A stretch of DNA of 64,000 bases from Alphaproteobacteria bacterium (lineage in GTDB: Bacteria; Pseudomonadota; Alphaproteobacteria; Rhizobiales; Aestuariivirgaceae): NCBI GenBank assembly GCA_024642465.1, contig JAHEBA010000006.1, positions 117 through 64,116 of the forward strand, read 5' to 3'. Within the stretch, counting starts at the first letter, position 1. Each line of letters starts with the position of its first letter. The notes below the pieces were generated by a model. It was given only the letters and a program-made list of their open reading frames with translations, had not been told where the DNA came from and did not search any database. Of this stretch, positions 8,841-18,766 are shown in pieces. The position numbers and the translations under genes are program-made.

Positions 8841-9977
8841 ATGAACGAACACGTCAGGCATACATCCGCAGCCCGGGAACTGAAGGACAACGTGGCCGTG
8901 CCGTTCGAAAGGGCGCGCGCCATGCCGCCGTCGGTCTATACGTCGGAAGAGTTCCTGGCGCAGGAACTTGAATACATTTTCAAGCGGGAGTGGTTTTGCG
9001 CCGGCCGGGCCAGTGCCCTCGCCAACCTTGGCGACTACACCACCTTCGAACTGGCGGGACAGCCCGTGATGGTGATCCGCGACAAGGATGGAACGCTTCG
9101 CGCCCAGTCGAACGTTTGCCTGCATCGCATGTCGACGTTGCTGACAGGGTCTGGAAACACCAAGGCCATCGTCTGTCCCTATCACGCGTGGTCCTACAAC
9201 CTGGATGGCACCATGCGCGGTGCGCCGGCGATGAAGCAGAACGAAGGCTTCTGCAAGGAGAACTACCGACTGCCGCAGGTGCGGTGCGAAGAGTGGCTGG
9301 GCTGGATCATGGTGACGCTCAACCCGGATGCTCTGCCGGTCAGCGAGACACTGCGGGAGGTGGAAGGCCTGATCGGCCAGTATGGCATGGAGAACTATAG
9401 CCAGACCTTCTTCGAGACCCATGAGTGGGACACTAACTGGAAGGTGCTGGCCGAGAACTTCATGGAAAGCTACCACCTGCCGGTGTGCCATGCGGGCACC
9501 ATTGGCGGGCTGTCGAAGCTGGACGAGATGGACTGCCCGCCGGGCAAGGAGGCGTTCAACTACCACTTCATCCTGAAGGATGACACGCTGAAGATTGCTC
9601 TTGCGCATCCCTCCAACACAAGGCTGGAAGGCAACTGGCGGCGCACCACGACGCTGCTGGCAATCTATCCGAGCCTGCTGATCACGCTCACGCCGGGCTA
9701 TTTCTGGTATCTGTCGCTGCACCCGCACGGAGTGGGCAAGGTGGACATCCTGTTCGGTGGCGGCATGTCGCCGGATTTCGTCAACGACCCGGATGCGCGC
9801 AAGCACTTCGACAAACTGAAAAACCTGCTGGACGATGTCAACGTCGAAGACCGTGGCTGCACGGAAAAGGTCTACAGGGGCCTGTGTTCCGAATTTGCAG
9901 CGCCGGGGCACCTGTCTCACCTCGAGCGCCCGAACTACGACTTCGCCCGCTGGATTTCGTCGAAGATACCGGCGTGA
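8841..9977 (+). CDS. Rieske non-heme iron oxygenase alpha subunit
   Basis: CLHR...CPYH; NWKVLAENFMESYHLPVCH; ED iron ligand near the C-terminus. Confidence 0.9.
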   Translation: MNEHVRHTSAARELKDNVAVPFERARAMPPSVYTSEEFLAQELEYIFKREWFCAGRASALANLGDYTTFELAGQPVMVIRDKDGTLRAQSNVCLHRMSTLLTGSGNTKAIVCPYHAWSYNLDGTMRGAPAMKQNEGFCKENYRLPQVRCEEWLGWIMVTLNPDALPVSETLREVEGLIGQYGMENYSQTFFETHEWDTNWKVLAENFMESYHLPVCHAGTIGGLSKLDEMDCPPGKEAFNYHFILKDDTLKIALAHPSNTRLEGNWRRTTTLLAIYPSLLITLTPGYFWYLSLHPHGVGKVDILFGGGMSPDFVNDPDARKHFDKLKNLLDDVNVEDRGCTEKVYRGLCSEFAAPGHLSHLERPNYDFARWISSKIPA

Positions 9978-10618
9978 TCTCGTTCCTGCATACAGGACAG
10001 GTTCACGTCGCCACGTTTGACCGGCTCGTGGACGAGTTCGCCCCCGGCATGGCTCGCCAGCACCGGGTGGAGCAGGGTTGGCTGGATGAAGCCCGGGACA
10101 GGGGGATGTCGGACCAGTTGGCAGCGACGATCAGATCCGCCATGTCGGAGTTGGCGGCCGGTGGAGTCGGCGTGTGCACGTGTTCGAGCATCGGCGGCGC
10201 TGCAGAAGCGGCGTACAGCGAAACAGCCCCAGTGGTCCGCATTGATCGCGCGCTGATGGAAGCCGCGTTGGACCATGGGTCGAGGCCCCTTGTTGCGATG
10301 TGCCTGGAGAGTACCCGTGCACCGACGATGGACCTGCTGGCAGACGTGGCCGCAAAGACCGGCGTGGCCGCCGATCCGCAGGTGGTGATGTGCGAAGGGG
10401 CCTGGCAGCATTTCGAGGCGGGCGATATGGACAGCTATGGCCGGGCGATCGCATCTGCCATCATGCCGGTGGTGACACAGGCGAAACCGGATTGCATCGT
10501 CCTGGCTCAAGCCTCGATGGCGTGTGCGGAACCGCTGCTGGAGCGTGCCGGGGTGCCGGTGCTCACGTCCCCGCGCCTCGGCGTCATGAAGGCACTGGCA
10601 CTGCTTGGCTCCGCCTAA
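9974..10618 (+). CDS. Asp/Glu/hydantoin racemase-superfamily protein
   Basis: GTGA overlap with the Rieske stop; FLHT, CTCSSIG, RIDRALM, LAQASMA, TSP motifs. Confidence 0.7.
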   Translation: MISFLHTGQVHVATFDRLVDEFAPGMARQHRVEQGWLDEARDRGMSDQLAATIRSAMSELAAGGVGVCTCSSIGGAAEAAYSETAPVVRIDRALMEAALDHGSRPLVAMCLESTRAPTMDLLADVAAKTGVAADPQVVMCEGAWQHFEAGDMDSYGRAIASAIMPVVTQAKPDCIVLAQASMACAEPLLERAGVPVLTSPRLGVMKALALLGSA

Positions 10619-10663
10619 TCGGTCACTTCACATTGCTGTTCCAGCGCTGCAAGATCAGCATCG

Positions 10664-12508
10664 ATGGAAAGTTTAGGAAAATCCCGGCGGCAATGGTGGG
10701 GGCTGGCCGCGGCCACGGTGCTGATTGCTCTATGCGTCGGCCTGATCAGTCACGCCTATGCGCTGCGGCATTTCCTGAACGAGACGCAGGCGCGCGGCCA
10801 GGTGACGCTGCGCCTGGCGGTGGCCAGCATTTCCAGCGCGCTTGAACGCTATGAGCGGTTGCCGCAGCTGCTGGCAGACCGCAGCGACATCAGGCGTGTG
10901 CTGCTCAACCCGGCGGGGCCGGCGCTGCGCGACCAGTTGTCGATCCAGCTGCAACGGGTCAACACGCTGCTGGGCTCGTCGGACATCTATGTGATGGATC
11001 GCACGGGTCTTACGCTGGCCGCCAGCAACTACCAGCTGCCCACGTCGTTCGTCGGCCAGAGCTATAATTACCGGCCCTATTTCACTGAGGCGATGGCAGG
11101 CAAGACCGGCAACTATTACGCGCTCGGCACCATGTCGCTGAAGCGCGGCTATTACTTTTCGGCGCCGGTGAAGCTGGGTGACGAGATCATTGGCGTGGTC
11201 ACCGTCAAGATTGCCGTCGACCGGATCGAGGACAGTTGGCGCGGCGGCGAGCATCTGGTTCTGGTAACGAGCGATGACGGCGTGGTGTTCATGTCAGGCC
11301 GGCCGGACCTGCTGTACAAGTCGATGCAGCCGCTTACGCCGGATCGTGCTGCTGCAATCAAGCAGTCCAGGCGCTACGCCAATGCGGACGTGACGGACAT
11401 GACGGTGTCGGTGCGAGGCAGGCACGACAACTTTCCGCTGATTGCCGGCGACCTGTTGGGTCTGGGGCAGTTCATGGAGCTCACCCAGGCAATGGCAGGG
11501 CCTGGCTGGAACGTGCAGGTGCTGGCCAGTACGCTTGGCGCCAGCCGCGAGGCTGTGGTGGTCAGCGCGATTGCCGTTCTGCTGGTGCTGCTGGCCGGGG
11601 CGGGCGCTGCGTTGATGATGGGCCGTCGCAACCAGCTGGCGGAGCGGCTGCGGTTGCAGCAGATGGCGCGCGACCAGCTTGAGCAGCGCGTTGCCGAGCG
11701 CACTGCCGATCTTAACTCCGCCAACGCCAAGCTCAAGCTTGAGGTGCGCGAGCGAAAGACCGCCGAAGAAGAACTCAAGCGAACGCAGGAGGACCTGGTT
11801 CAGGCCGGCAAGCTTGCCGCGCTCGGCCAGATGTCCGCTGCACTCAGTCATGAGTTCAACCAGCCGCTTGCGGCGCTCAAGACCTATGCGGAGAATGCCG
11901 GCGTATTCCTCGAGCGCGGGCAGGCCGGTACGGCGCGCAGCAACCTCGACCAGGTGGTGAAGCTTGCCGACCGGCTGGCCTCGATCAGCCGCCGGCTGCG
12001 CAACTTTGCGCGCAAGCCCGAAGAGCAGCCGCGCCCGGTGCCGGTTCGCGCGGTCATCGAGGAAACGCTGGAACTGCTGGGTGCACGGCTGCGCCAGTCG
12101 GGCGTGCAGGTCAGCGCCGATCTGCCGGACGAGGCCATGCACGTGCTGGGCGGCAGCGTACGCCTGCAGCAGGTGCTGATGAACATCATCTCGAACGCCA
12201 TCGATGCGAGCGAGGCCAGCCCGGAGCGCGGCATCGAGGTCAATACCGAAACCGTGAACGGAGAGGCGTCCATCCTGGTCCGTGACCACGGTGCCGGCGT
12301 GGCCGCCAACGTGGCCGCCCGCATCTTCGATCCATTCTTCACGACAAAGGGCGTCGGCAAGGGTCTGGGGCTTGGCCTGTCGATATCGTACAACATCATC
12401 AAGGATTTCGGCGGCAACCTCTCGGTCAGCAATCATCCCGATGGCGGGGCGCTGTTCCGGATATCGCTGCAGGCTGCTGCAGCCCCGTTGCCGGAGGTGG
12501 CCGAATGA
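10664..12508 (+). CDS. dctB: C4-dicarboxylate sensor histidine kinase
   Basis: Two TM helices around a Cache domain (YRPYF, GTMSLKRGYY); HEFNQPL H-box; N, G1, F and G2 boxes. Confidence 0.9.
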   Translation: MESLGKSRRQWWGLAAATVLIALCVGLISHAYALRHFLNETQARGQVTLRLAVASISSALERYERLPQLLADRSDIRRVLLNPAGPALRDQLSIQLQRVNTLLGSSDIYVMDRTGLTLAASNYQLPTSFVGQSYNYRPYFTEAMAGKTGNYYALGTMSLKRGYYFSAPVKLGDEIIGVVTVKIAVDRIEDSWRGGEHLVLVTSDDGVVFMSGRPDLLYKSMQPLTPDRAAAIKQSRRYANADVTDMTVSVRGRHDNFPLIAGDLLGLGQFMELTQAMAGPGWNVQVLASTLGASREAVVVSAIAVLLVLLAGAGAALMMGRRNQLAERLRLQQMARDQLEQRVAERTADLNSANAKLKLEVRERKTAEEELKRTQEDLVQAGKLAALGQMSAALSHEFNQPLAALKTYAENAGVFLERGQAGTARSNLDQVVKLADRLASISRRLRNFARKPEEQPRPVPVRAVIEETLELLGARLRQSGVQVSADLPDEAMHVLGGSVRLQQVLMNIISNAIDASEASPERGIEVNTETVNGEASILVRDHGAGVAANVAARIFDPFFTTKGVGKGLGLGLSISYNIIKDFGGNLSVSNHPDGGALFRISLQAAAAPLPEVAE

Positions 12509-13842
12509 GCCAGCCCCAGGTGCTGTTCGTCGATGATGACGACGACATCCGGGCGTCCGCATCGCAGGCGCTGGAGCTTGCGGGCTTTCATGTGCGCGGA
12601 TTTGCTGCTGCCGACCGGATGCTCGGTGAGGTCAATCCGGGATTGACCGGCGCCATCGTGACCGACATCCGCATGCCCGGCCTTGATGGCATGTCGTTCA
12701 TGCAGCGGGTGCACGATATCGACCCTGAAATTCCGGTGATACTGATTACCGGTCATGGCGACGTGCAACTGGCCGTGCGGGCGATGCGCGAAGGTGCCTA
12801 CGACTTCATCGAGAAGCCGTTTTCTACTGCCCACCTTGCCGAGGTGGTGCGCCGCGCGCTCGACCGGCGCAGACTGGTGGTGGAGAACCGCGAACTGCGC
12901 CAGGTGATGGAGCAAGGCGACATGCTCGACCAGCGGCTGGCCGGACGCACGGGCGTGATGGTGGCGCTGCGCGAGCGGTTGCGCGTGGTGGCGGCAACAG
13001 GTGCGGATGTGCTGCTGCAGGGGCCCGAGGGCAGCGGCAAGAAGGCCGCCGCGCGCGCCATGCACGATGCGTCGCCACGCCGGGACAAACCGTTCGTCGC
13101 GATCAACTGCGCTGCGCTGCCGGAAGACATGGCGGGTTCGGAGCTGTTCGGCCACGAAGTCGGTGCGTTTCCGGGCGCCATGCGCACTCGTGTCGGGCGG
13201 CTTGAGCATGCCCGGGGCGGGACGGTTTACCTCGAAGACGTCACGGCGCTGAACGACGAACTCCAGGCGCAATTGCTGCAAGTGCTGGATGAACGCGCCT
13301 TCCGGCGGGCGGGATCAAGCGAGCTGATTTCGCTCGACGCGCGGTTCGTATTCGCCACCGGCCGCAATCTTGAGGATGAAGCTGCTCAGGGACGGCTGCG
13401 CCAGGACCTGATGTTCCGCATGAACGCGGTCAGCATTGCCCTGCCGGCGCTGGCGCAGCGGCGCGAAGACATTCCCCGGCTTTTCCTGCAGCTGCTGCAC
13501 GAAGCAGCTAGCCGCTTCCGCAAGACGGCACCGGACGTGCCCGGCGAACTGCTGGCCATGCTGTCGCAGCGCGACTGGCCGGGCAATGTTCGCGAGCTGC
13601 GGAACTGGGCCGAGCGCATGGTACTGGGGCTTGAGGCCGACGCAGTCGAGCCAGCCATCGGACTGTCGGGCAAGCTGGCCGACCGGGTTGCGGCGTTCGA
13701 GAAGACCGTGCTGATGGCCGAGCTTCAGGCCAGCGGGGGAAGCCTGCGGACGGTATACGAGAGGCTCGGGCTGTCGCGAAAAACACTGTACGAGAAGATG
13801 CAGCGGCATGGCCTGCGGCGTGAGGATTTTACCGGAGATTGA
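12505..13842 (+). CDS. dctD: DctD-type response regulator (REC-AAA-Fis HTH) with degenerate AAA motifs
   Basis: VDDD / DIRMP receiver; SELFGHEVGAFPGA; WPGNVREL; C-terminal HTH; ATGA overlap with dctB. Confidence 0.85.
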   Translation: MSQPQVLFVDDDDDIRASASQALELAGFHVRGFAAADRMLGEVNPGLTGAIVTDIRMPGLDGMSFMQRVHDIDPEIPVILITGHGDVQLAVRAMREGAYDFIEKPFSTAHLAEVVRRALDRRRLVVENRELRQVMEQGDMLDQRLAGRTGVMVALRERLRVVAATGADVLLQGPEGSGKKAAARAMHDASPRRDKPFVAINCAALPEDMAGSELFGHEVGAFPGAMRTRVGRLEHARGGTVYLEDVTALNDELQAQLLQVLDERAFRRAGSSELISLDARFVFATGRNLEDEAAQGRLRQDLMFRMNAVSIALPALAQRREDIPRLFLQLLHEAASRFRKTAPDVPGELLAMLSQRDWPGNVRELRNWAERMVLGLEADAVEPAIGLSGKLADRVAAFEKTVLMAELQASGGSLRTVYERLGLSRKTLYEKMQRHGLRREDFTGD

Positions 13843-13861
13843 CGCCGTTTCGCGTGAAGTT

Positions 13862-13911
13862 GGGGTGAATCGGTAACACCGTTCGTCATGTGTTGTTACG
13901 GATTCCACCCA
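13862..13911. promoter_or_regulatory. Imperfect inverted repeat, probable DctD binding sites upstream of dctP
   Basis: GGGTGAATCGGTAACA ... TGTTACGGATTCCACCC. Confidence 0.5.
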
Positions 13912-14071
13912 TTTTTGCGGCGCAAGACGGATTTCGCGCCGCACAATATCCAGTTTCAGCTTGTTCTGGCCTGTGGAGGGGCGTTCAACAGTGCCAAGCC
14001 ACGGCGGACGGTCCGGAGGCAGGACCAGTTTGCGCCGTTGCGCCGATCGCATAAACGAGGAGGAAATCCCA

Positions 14072-15073
14072 ATGAAGTTTCTCAAAGCTGCAGCCGCTGC
14101 CGTTAGCCTGCTCGCCGTGTCGGCCACCGGCGCCTTCGCCCAGTGCGATGATGGAGAGATGGTCATCAAGTTCAGCCACGTGGTAGCCGCAACCGGCCAC
14201 CCGAAGGGCGATGCCGCCACGCTGCTTGCCGAGCGCGTCAACAACGAGATGAACGGCAAGGCGTGCATGGAAGTGTTCCCCAACTCCACGCTGTACGACG
14301 ATGACAAGGTGATGGAAGCGCTGCTGCTGGGCGACGTTCAGCTTGCCGCTCCGTCGCTGTCGAAGTTCGAGGCCTACACGCTGAAATACCGCGTGTTCGA
14401 CCTGCCGTTCCTGTGGAAGGATCTGACCGCGTTCGACAAGTTCCTGGAGTCGGAAGCTGCCGCCAACCTGCTCAAGGCCGTCAACGACAAGGGCTTCGAG
14501 GGCCTGGCCATCTGGTCGTCGGGCATGAAGCAGTTCTCGGCCAAGAAGCCGCTGCTGGTGCCGTCTGACGCCAATGGCCTCAAGTTCCGCGTGCAGACAT
14601 CGGACGTTGCCGTGGCGATGATCGAAGCCATGGGCGCATCTGCCCAGAAGCTCGCTTTCAAGGAAGTGTATGGCGCGCTGCAGACCGGCGTCGTGGATGG
14701 CCAGGAAAACACCTGGTCGAACATCTACACCCAGAAATTCTTCGAGGTGCAGGACGGCATCACCGAGACCAACCACCAGGTTCTGGCCTATGGCGTGGTG
14801 ACCTCCAAGGAGTGGCTGGACGGCCTGCCGGAAGATGTGCGCACGCAGTTCCTGTCGATCCTCAAGGACGTCACCAAGGAAGCCAACGGCAACGTCGCCA
14901 AGAAGGAAGCAGCCAACCGCGAGAACATCATCAAGGCTGGCGGCACCATCCGCGAACTGACGCCAGAACAGCGCAAGCAGTGGGTCGACACCATGAAGCC
15001 GGTATGGTCCAAGTTCGAAGGTGACATCGGCAAGGACCTGATCGACGCCGCTGCGGCCACGAACGACCAGTAA
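14072..15073 (+). CDS. dctP: TRAP solute-binding protein
   Basis: Signal peptide, IKFSHVV, GLKFRVQ, YGALQTGVVDGQEN; GAGGAGG RBS. Confidence 0.92.
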   Translation: MKFLKAAAAAVSLLAVSATGAFAQCDDGEMVIKFSHVVAATGHPKGDAATLLAERVNNEMNGKACMEVFPNSTLYDDDKVMEALLLGDVQLAAPSLSKFEAYTLKYRVFDLPFLWKDLTAFDKFLESEAAANLLKAVNDKGFEGLAIWSSGMKQFSAKKPLLVPSDANGLKFRVQTSDVAVAMIEAMGASAQKLAFKEVYGALQTGVVDGQENTWSNIYTQKFFEVQDGITETNHQVLAYGVVTSKEWLDGLPEDVRTQFLSILKDVTKEANGNVAKKEAANRENIIKAGGTIRELTPEQRKQWVDTMKPVWSKFEGDIGKDLIDAAAATNDQ

Positions 15074-15149
15074 GCCGTCACATGGCGGGGCAGGCGCAAG
15101 GCGATCTGCGCCGGTCCCTCACTTGCATAACATTGCGGGAGGGGCGGGG

Positions 15150-15821
15150 ATGCTGATTACCCTGATCACGCTGGTGATCGTCGCGGCGTTTTTCCTGATC
15201 GAGCGCAAACGGCCCGATATCGTGAGCCGGTTCGAGGAGAACGTTCTCGCCACCCTTCTCGCGCTGATAACCGTGGTGTCGTTTTTCCAGGTAATCGCCC
15301 GCTACGGTTTCAATACCGGTTGGGGCGGTGCACTTGAGTTCACACGCATCCTGTTCGCCTGGATGATCCTGTTCGGCATGAGCTACGGCGTGCGCATCGG
15401 TTCGCACCTGGGCGTCGATGCCGCCATCCGGCTGTTTCCACCCAAGCTGTTCAAGGCGGTTGCGATCTTTGGCGCGCTGTGCGGCGTCGCCTATGGAGTG
15501 ATCCTGTTGTCAGCCGACTGGCTGCAGGTGCTGGGAGCCAAGACCTCGGGTGGGGCAATCACCTACTGGTCGAAATTCTACAAGGTTGGCATCGGTCTCG
15601 ATGACCTGCGGTTTCCGGAATGGATGCAGGCGGCATTCGGACTGCAAGAGCGGGTGCACCGCTGGGTCGCCTACCTGATGCTGCCAATCGGACTTGGCCT
15701 GTTCGTGTTCCGCTGCGCCGAGGCGGTGGTGCAGATCGCCAGCGGCAAGCGGGAACTGATCGTGGCCGGTCACGAGGCCGAGGAACTTGTCGCCGAGAAC
15801 AAGGGCAAGCTGGGAGACTGA
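15150..15821 (+). CDS. dctQ: TRAP small permease
   Basis: QVIARY, FAWMILFG, HLGVD motifs; position in operon. Confidence 0.88.
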   Translation: MLITLITLVIVAAFFLIERKRPDIVSRFEENVLATLLALITVVSFFQVIARYGFNTGWGGALEFTRILFAWMILFGMSYGVRIGSHLGVDAAIRLFPPKLFKAVAIFGALCGVAYGVILLSADWLQVLGAKTSGGAITYWSKFYKVGIGLDDLRFPEWMQAAFGLQERVHRWVAYLMLPIGLGLFVFRCAEAVVQIASGKRELIVAGHEAEELVAENKGKLGD

Positions 15822-15826
15822 GGGTC

Positions 15827-17446
15827 ATGGAAGCGGGCATTCTGTTCATACTGGTGCTGTTGCTGCTGTTTCTCGGCGTGCCGATTGCGGTCGCGCTGGG
15901 CCTTTCCAGCATCATCATCATTGCGTTCTTCTCGTCCGACTCGATGTCGTCGGTGGCGCTGCAACTGTTCACCGCCTCGCAGAACTACACGCTGCTGGCG
16001 ATCCCGTTCTTCATTCTCGCCTCCTCGTTCATGTCGACCGGCGGGGTGGCACGGCGCATCATCCGCTTCGCGATTGCGGCTGTAGGGCATTTTCGCGGCG
16101 GCCTCGCCATGGCCTCGGTGCTGGCGTGCATGCTGTTCGCGGCCCTGTCGGGATCGTCGCCGGCGACCGTGGTCGCCATCGGCAGCATCGCCATCGCCGG
16201 CATGCGGCAGGTGGGCTACTCGAAGGAATTTGCCTCCGGCGTAATCGCCAATGCCGGCACGCTGGGCATTCTCATTCCGCCGTCCATCGTGATGGTGGTG
16301 TACTCCGCTGCCACCGACGTGTCGGTGGGCCGCATGTTCCTGGCCGGCGTGATACCGGGGCTGATCGCCGGCCTGATGCTGATGCTGGCGATCTACATCA
16401 TGGCCCGGTTCAAGAACCTGCCGGCCGAGGAATGGAAGGGTTTCGGCGAGATACTTGCCGGCGGCAAGGAAGCCGGCTGGGGCCTGTTCCTGATCATCAT
16501 CATCATTGGCGGCATTTATGGTGGCGTGTTCACGCCGACCGAGGCAGCCGCCGTGGCCGCGGTCTACTCCTTCTTCATCGCGCTGTTCGTCTATCGCGAC
16601 ATGGGGCCGATGAAGGGAGAGACCTGGCTGAAGGACACCGACTCGCGCCGTGCCCGGGTCGGCTTCTCGTCGTTGGTCTACGCACTGTCGTTCTTCTTTG
16701 TCTGGATGATCCTGTCGTTCTTCGTGACCTCGGAATGGGAAGGCGTGACGCTGGGCGGCAGGACCCTGGTGGGCCTGGCGTTGTCGCTGGCGGTGATGGT
16801 GGCCTATGCGATGTGGCGCGATCCGGGCTCCAATCCACTCAACATTCCAGGCTATCTGGTGGCCTCGCTGCCGGTCTGGGGGCGCAATACATCGCTGATG
16901 GGGCGCAATTCCTTCCGCGCGTTCTTCAACGAGGAAACCCGCAAGGTGATGGTGGACTCCTCCAAGACCATCATCATGCTGATGTTCATCATCGTGAACG
17001 CGCTGCTGTTCGCCCACGTGCTGACGTCGGAACGCATTCCGCAAGCCATCACCGACTGGATGATCGGAGCAGGCTTCAACTGGTTCACCTTCCTCATCGC
17101 CGTCAACCTGCTGCTGTTGCTGGGCGGGCAGTTCATGGAGCCGTCGGGCCTGCTGCTGATCGTGGCGCCGGTGGTGTTTCCGATTGCAATGGAACTGGGC
17201 GTCGACCCGGTGCATCTCGGCATCATCATGGTGGTGAACATGGAGATCGGCATGATCACGCCGCCGATCGGGCTCAACCTGTTCGTGACGTCGGGCATAA
17301 CCGGCATGTCGCTGGTGCAGGTGGTCAAGGCCGCACTGCCGTTCGTCGGCGTGCTGTTCCTGTTCCTGATCCTGGTGACCTACGTGCCGGTGCTGTCCAC
17401 CTGGTTGCCCTACAGCCTGATGGGGCCGGAGATCGTCACGCGCTGA
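15827..17446 (+). CDS. dctM: TRAP large permease
   Basis: LLAIPFF, SGSSPAT, LIPPSI, FTPTEAA, GMITPPIG. Confidence 0.92.
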   Translation: MEAGILFILVLLLLFLGVPIAVALGLSSIIIIAFFSSDSMSSVALQLFTASQNYTLLAIPFFILASSFMSTGGVARRIIRFAIAAVGHFRGGLAMASVLACMLFAALSGSSPATVVAIGSIAIAGMRQVGYSKEFASGVIANAGTLGILIPPSIVMVVYSAATDVSVGRMFLAGVIPGLIAGLMLMLAIYIMARFKNLPAEEWKGFGEILAGGKEAGWGLFLIIIIIGGIYGGVFTPTEAAAVAAVYSFFIALFVYRDMGPMKGETWLKDTDSRRARVGFSSLVYALSFFFVWMILSFFVTSEWEGVTLGGRTLVGLALSLAVMVAYAMWRDPGSNPLNIPGYLVASLPVWGRNTSLMGRNSFRAFFNEETRKVMVDSSKTIIMLMFIIVNALLFAHVLTSERIPQAITDWMIGAGFNWFTFLIAVNLLLLLGGQFMEPSGLLLIVAPVVFPIAMELGVDPVHLGIIMVVNMEIGMITPPIGLNLFVTSGITGMSLVQVVKAALPFVGVLFLFLILVTYVPVLSTWLPYSLMGPEIVTR

Positions 17447-17553
17447 TCTGCGTCCGGTCCCGGTTTGCCTTTGCGGAGCCGGGATTGGCCTGTAACCTTC
17501 CTGCCTGAGGCGCCGCGCCCTGGACGCAAGATGGCGCCCAACGGGAGGATGAA

Positions 17554-18756
17554 ATGCGCAATCTCACCATGGAACTCGACGGTATTCTGGGCAAGGTTAC
17601 GGCTGGATCCGAAAAGGGCAGGGTGCCCGGTGTGGTGGCCATGGTCACTGATCGCAATCACAACATCTACGAAGGATCTGCCGGCGCGAGGTCGCTCGCC
17701 ACGGGCGAGCCGATGACGCTCGATACCGTCTTCGCCATTTTCTCGACCACCAAGGCAATCGGCGGCACGGCCGTCATGCAGTGCGTGGAAGAGGGGCTGC
17801 TGGATCTCGACGCACCGGCCAAACAGTACGTGCCGGACATCGGGGAGATCCGGGTTCTCGACGGCTTCGACGCCAACGGCGAGCCCAAGCTGCGTGCACC
17901 GAAGCGCGATATCACCACGCGCATGCTGATGCTGCATACGGCGGGCTTCGGCTACAACTTCTTCAACGAAAATTACAACCGGTTGACGGAGGAGCATGGA
18001 CAGCCGCTGATCGTCGCTGCCAACAGGGCCGCCATGATGACGCCGTTGCTGTTCGACCCCGGCGACAAGTGGGAGTATGGCAGCAACATCGACTGGGCCG
18101 GGCGCGTGGTCGAGGCAATTCGCGGCAAGCGGCTGGGCGAAGTTCTGAAGGAGCGGGTGTTCGCGCCGCTGGGCATGACGGATATTGCCTTTAGCCGCAC
18201 AGACGACATGAAGGCGCGCACCGCCGTGATCCACGCGCGCGGGAAGGACGGCTCACTGACGCCTCTGCCGGACTTCGTACTGCCGGATGACCCGGAGTTC
18301 GACATGGCCGGGCACGGGCTTTATGCGTCGGTGGGCGAGTACATGAAGTTCATCCGCATGTGGCTGAGCGACGGTGCCGGGCCGAATGGCCAGGTGCTGA
18401 AGCCGGAGACCGTGAAGCAGGCCGTCAGCAACGGGCTGCAACCGCACCAGAAGGTGGTGATGCTGCCGGGCGTGGTGCCGTCCCTGTCCAACGACGCAGA
18501 GTTCTTCCCCGGCATCAAGAAATCATGGTCCTACACGTTCATGATCAACGACGAGGTTGCGCCCACGGGCCGGCCTGCGGGAGCGATTGGCTGGGCGGGA
18601 CTTGCCAACCTGTTCTACTGGATCGACCGGGCCAACGGCGTTGGCGGCTTCTGGGCGACGCAGGTGCTGCCGTTTGCCGATGCGGTGTCGTTTGGCAGCT
18701 ACATGGACTTCGAGACCGCAGTTTACTCGGCGATCGGCGCCCGCAACGCAGCCTGA
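17554..18756 (+). CDS. Serine hydrolase, beta-lactamase/family VIII esterase (methyl acetate hydrolase-like)
   Basis: STTK (SxxK), LMLHTAG, WEYG, WAGLAN. Confidence 0.85.
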   Translation: MRNLTMELDGILGKVTAGSEKGRVPGVVAMVTDRNHNIYEGSAGARSLATGEPMTLDTVFAIFSTTKAIGGTAVMQCVEEGLLDLDAPAKQYVPDIGEIRVLDGFDANGEPKLRAPKRDITTRMLMLHTAGFGYNFFNENYNRLTEEHGQPLIVAANRAAMMTPLLFDPGDKWEYGSNIDWAGRVVEAIRGKRLGEVLKERVFAPLGMTDIAFSRTDDMKARTAVIHARGKDGSLTPLPDFVLPDDPEFDMAGHGLYASVGEYMKFIRMWLSDGAGPNGQVLKPETVKQAVSNGLQPHQKVVMLPGVVPSLSNDAEFFPGIKKSWSYTFMINDEVAPTGRPAGAIGWAGLANLFYWIDRANGVGGFWATQVLPFADAVSFGSYMDFETAVYSAIGARNAA

Positions 18757-18766
18757 ACCTGAGCCG

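Noticed and set aside
13843..14071. Sigma54 promoter for dctP
   Set aside because: Only bare GG-N10-GC matches, without TGGCAC or TTGC context.
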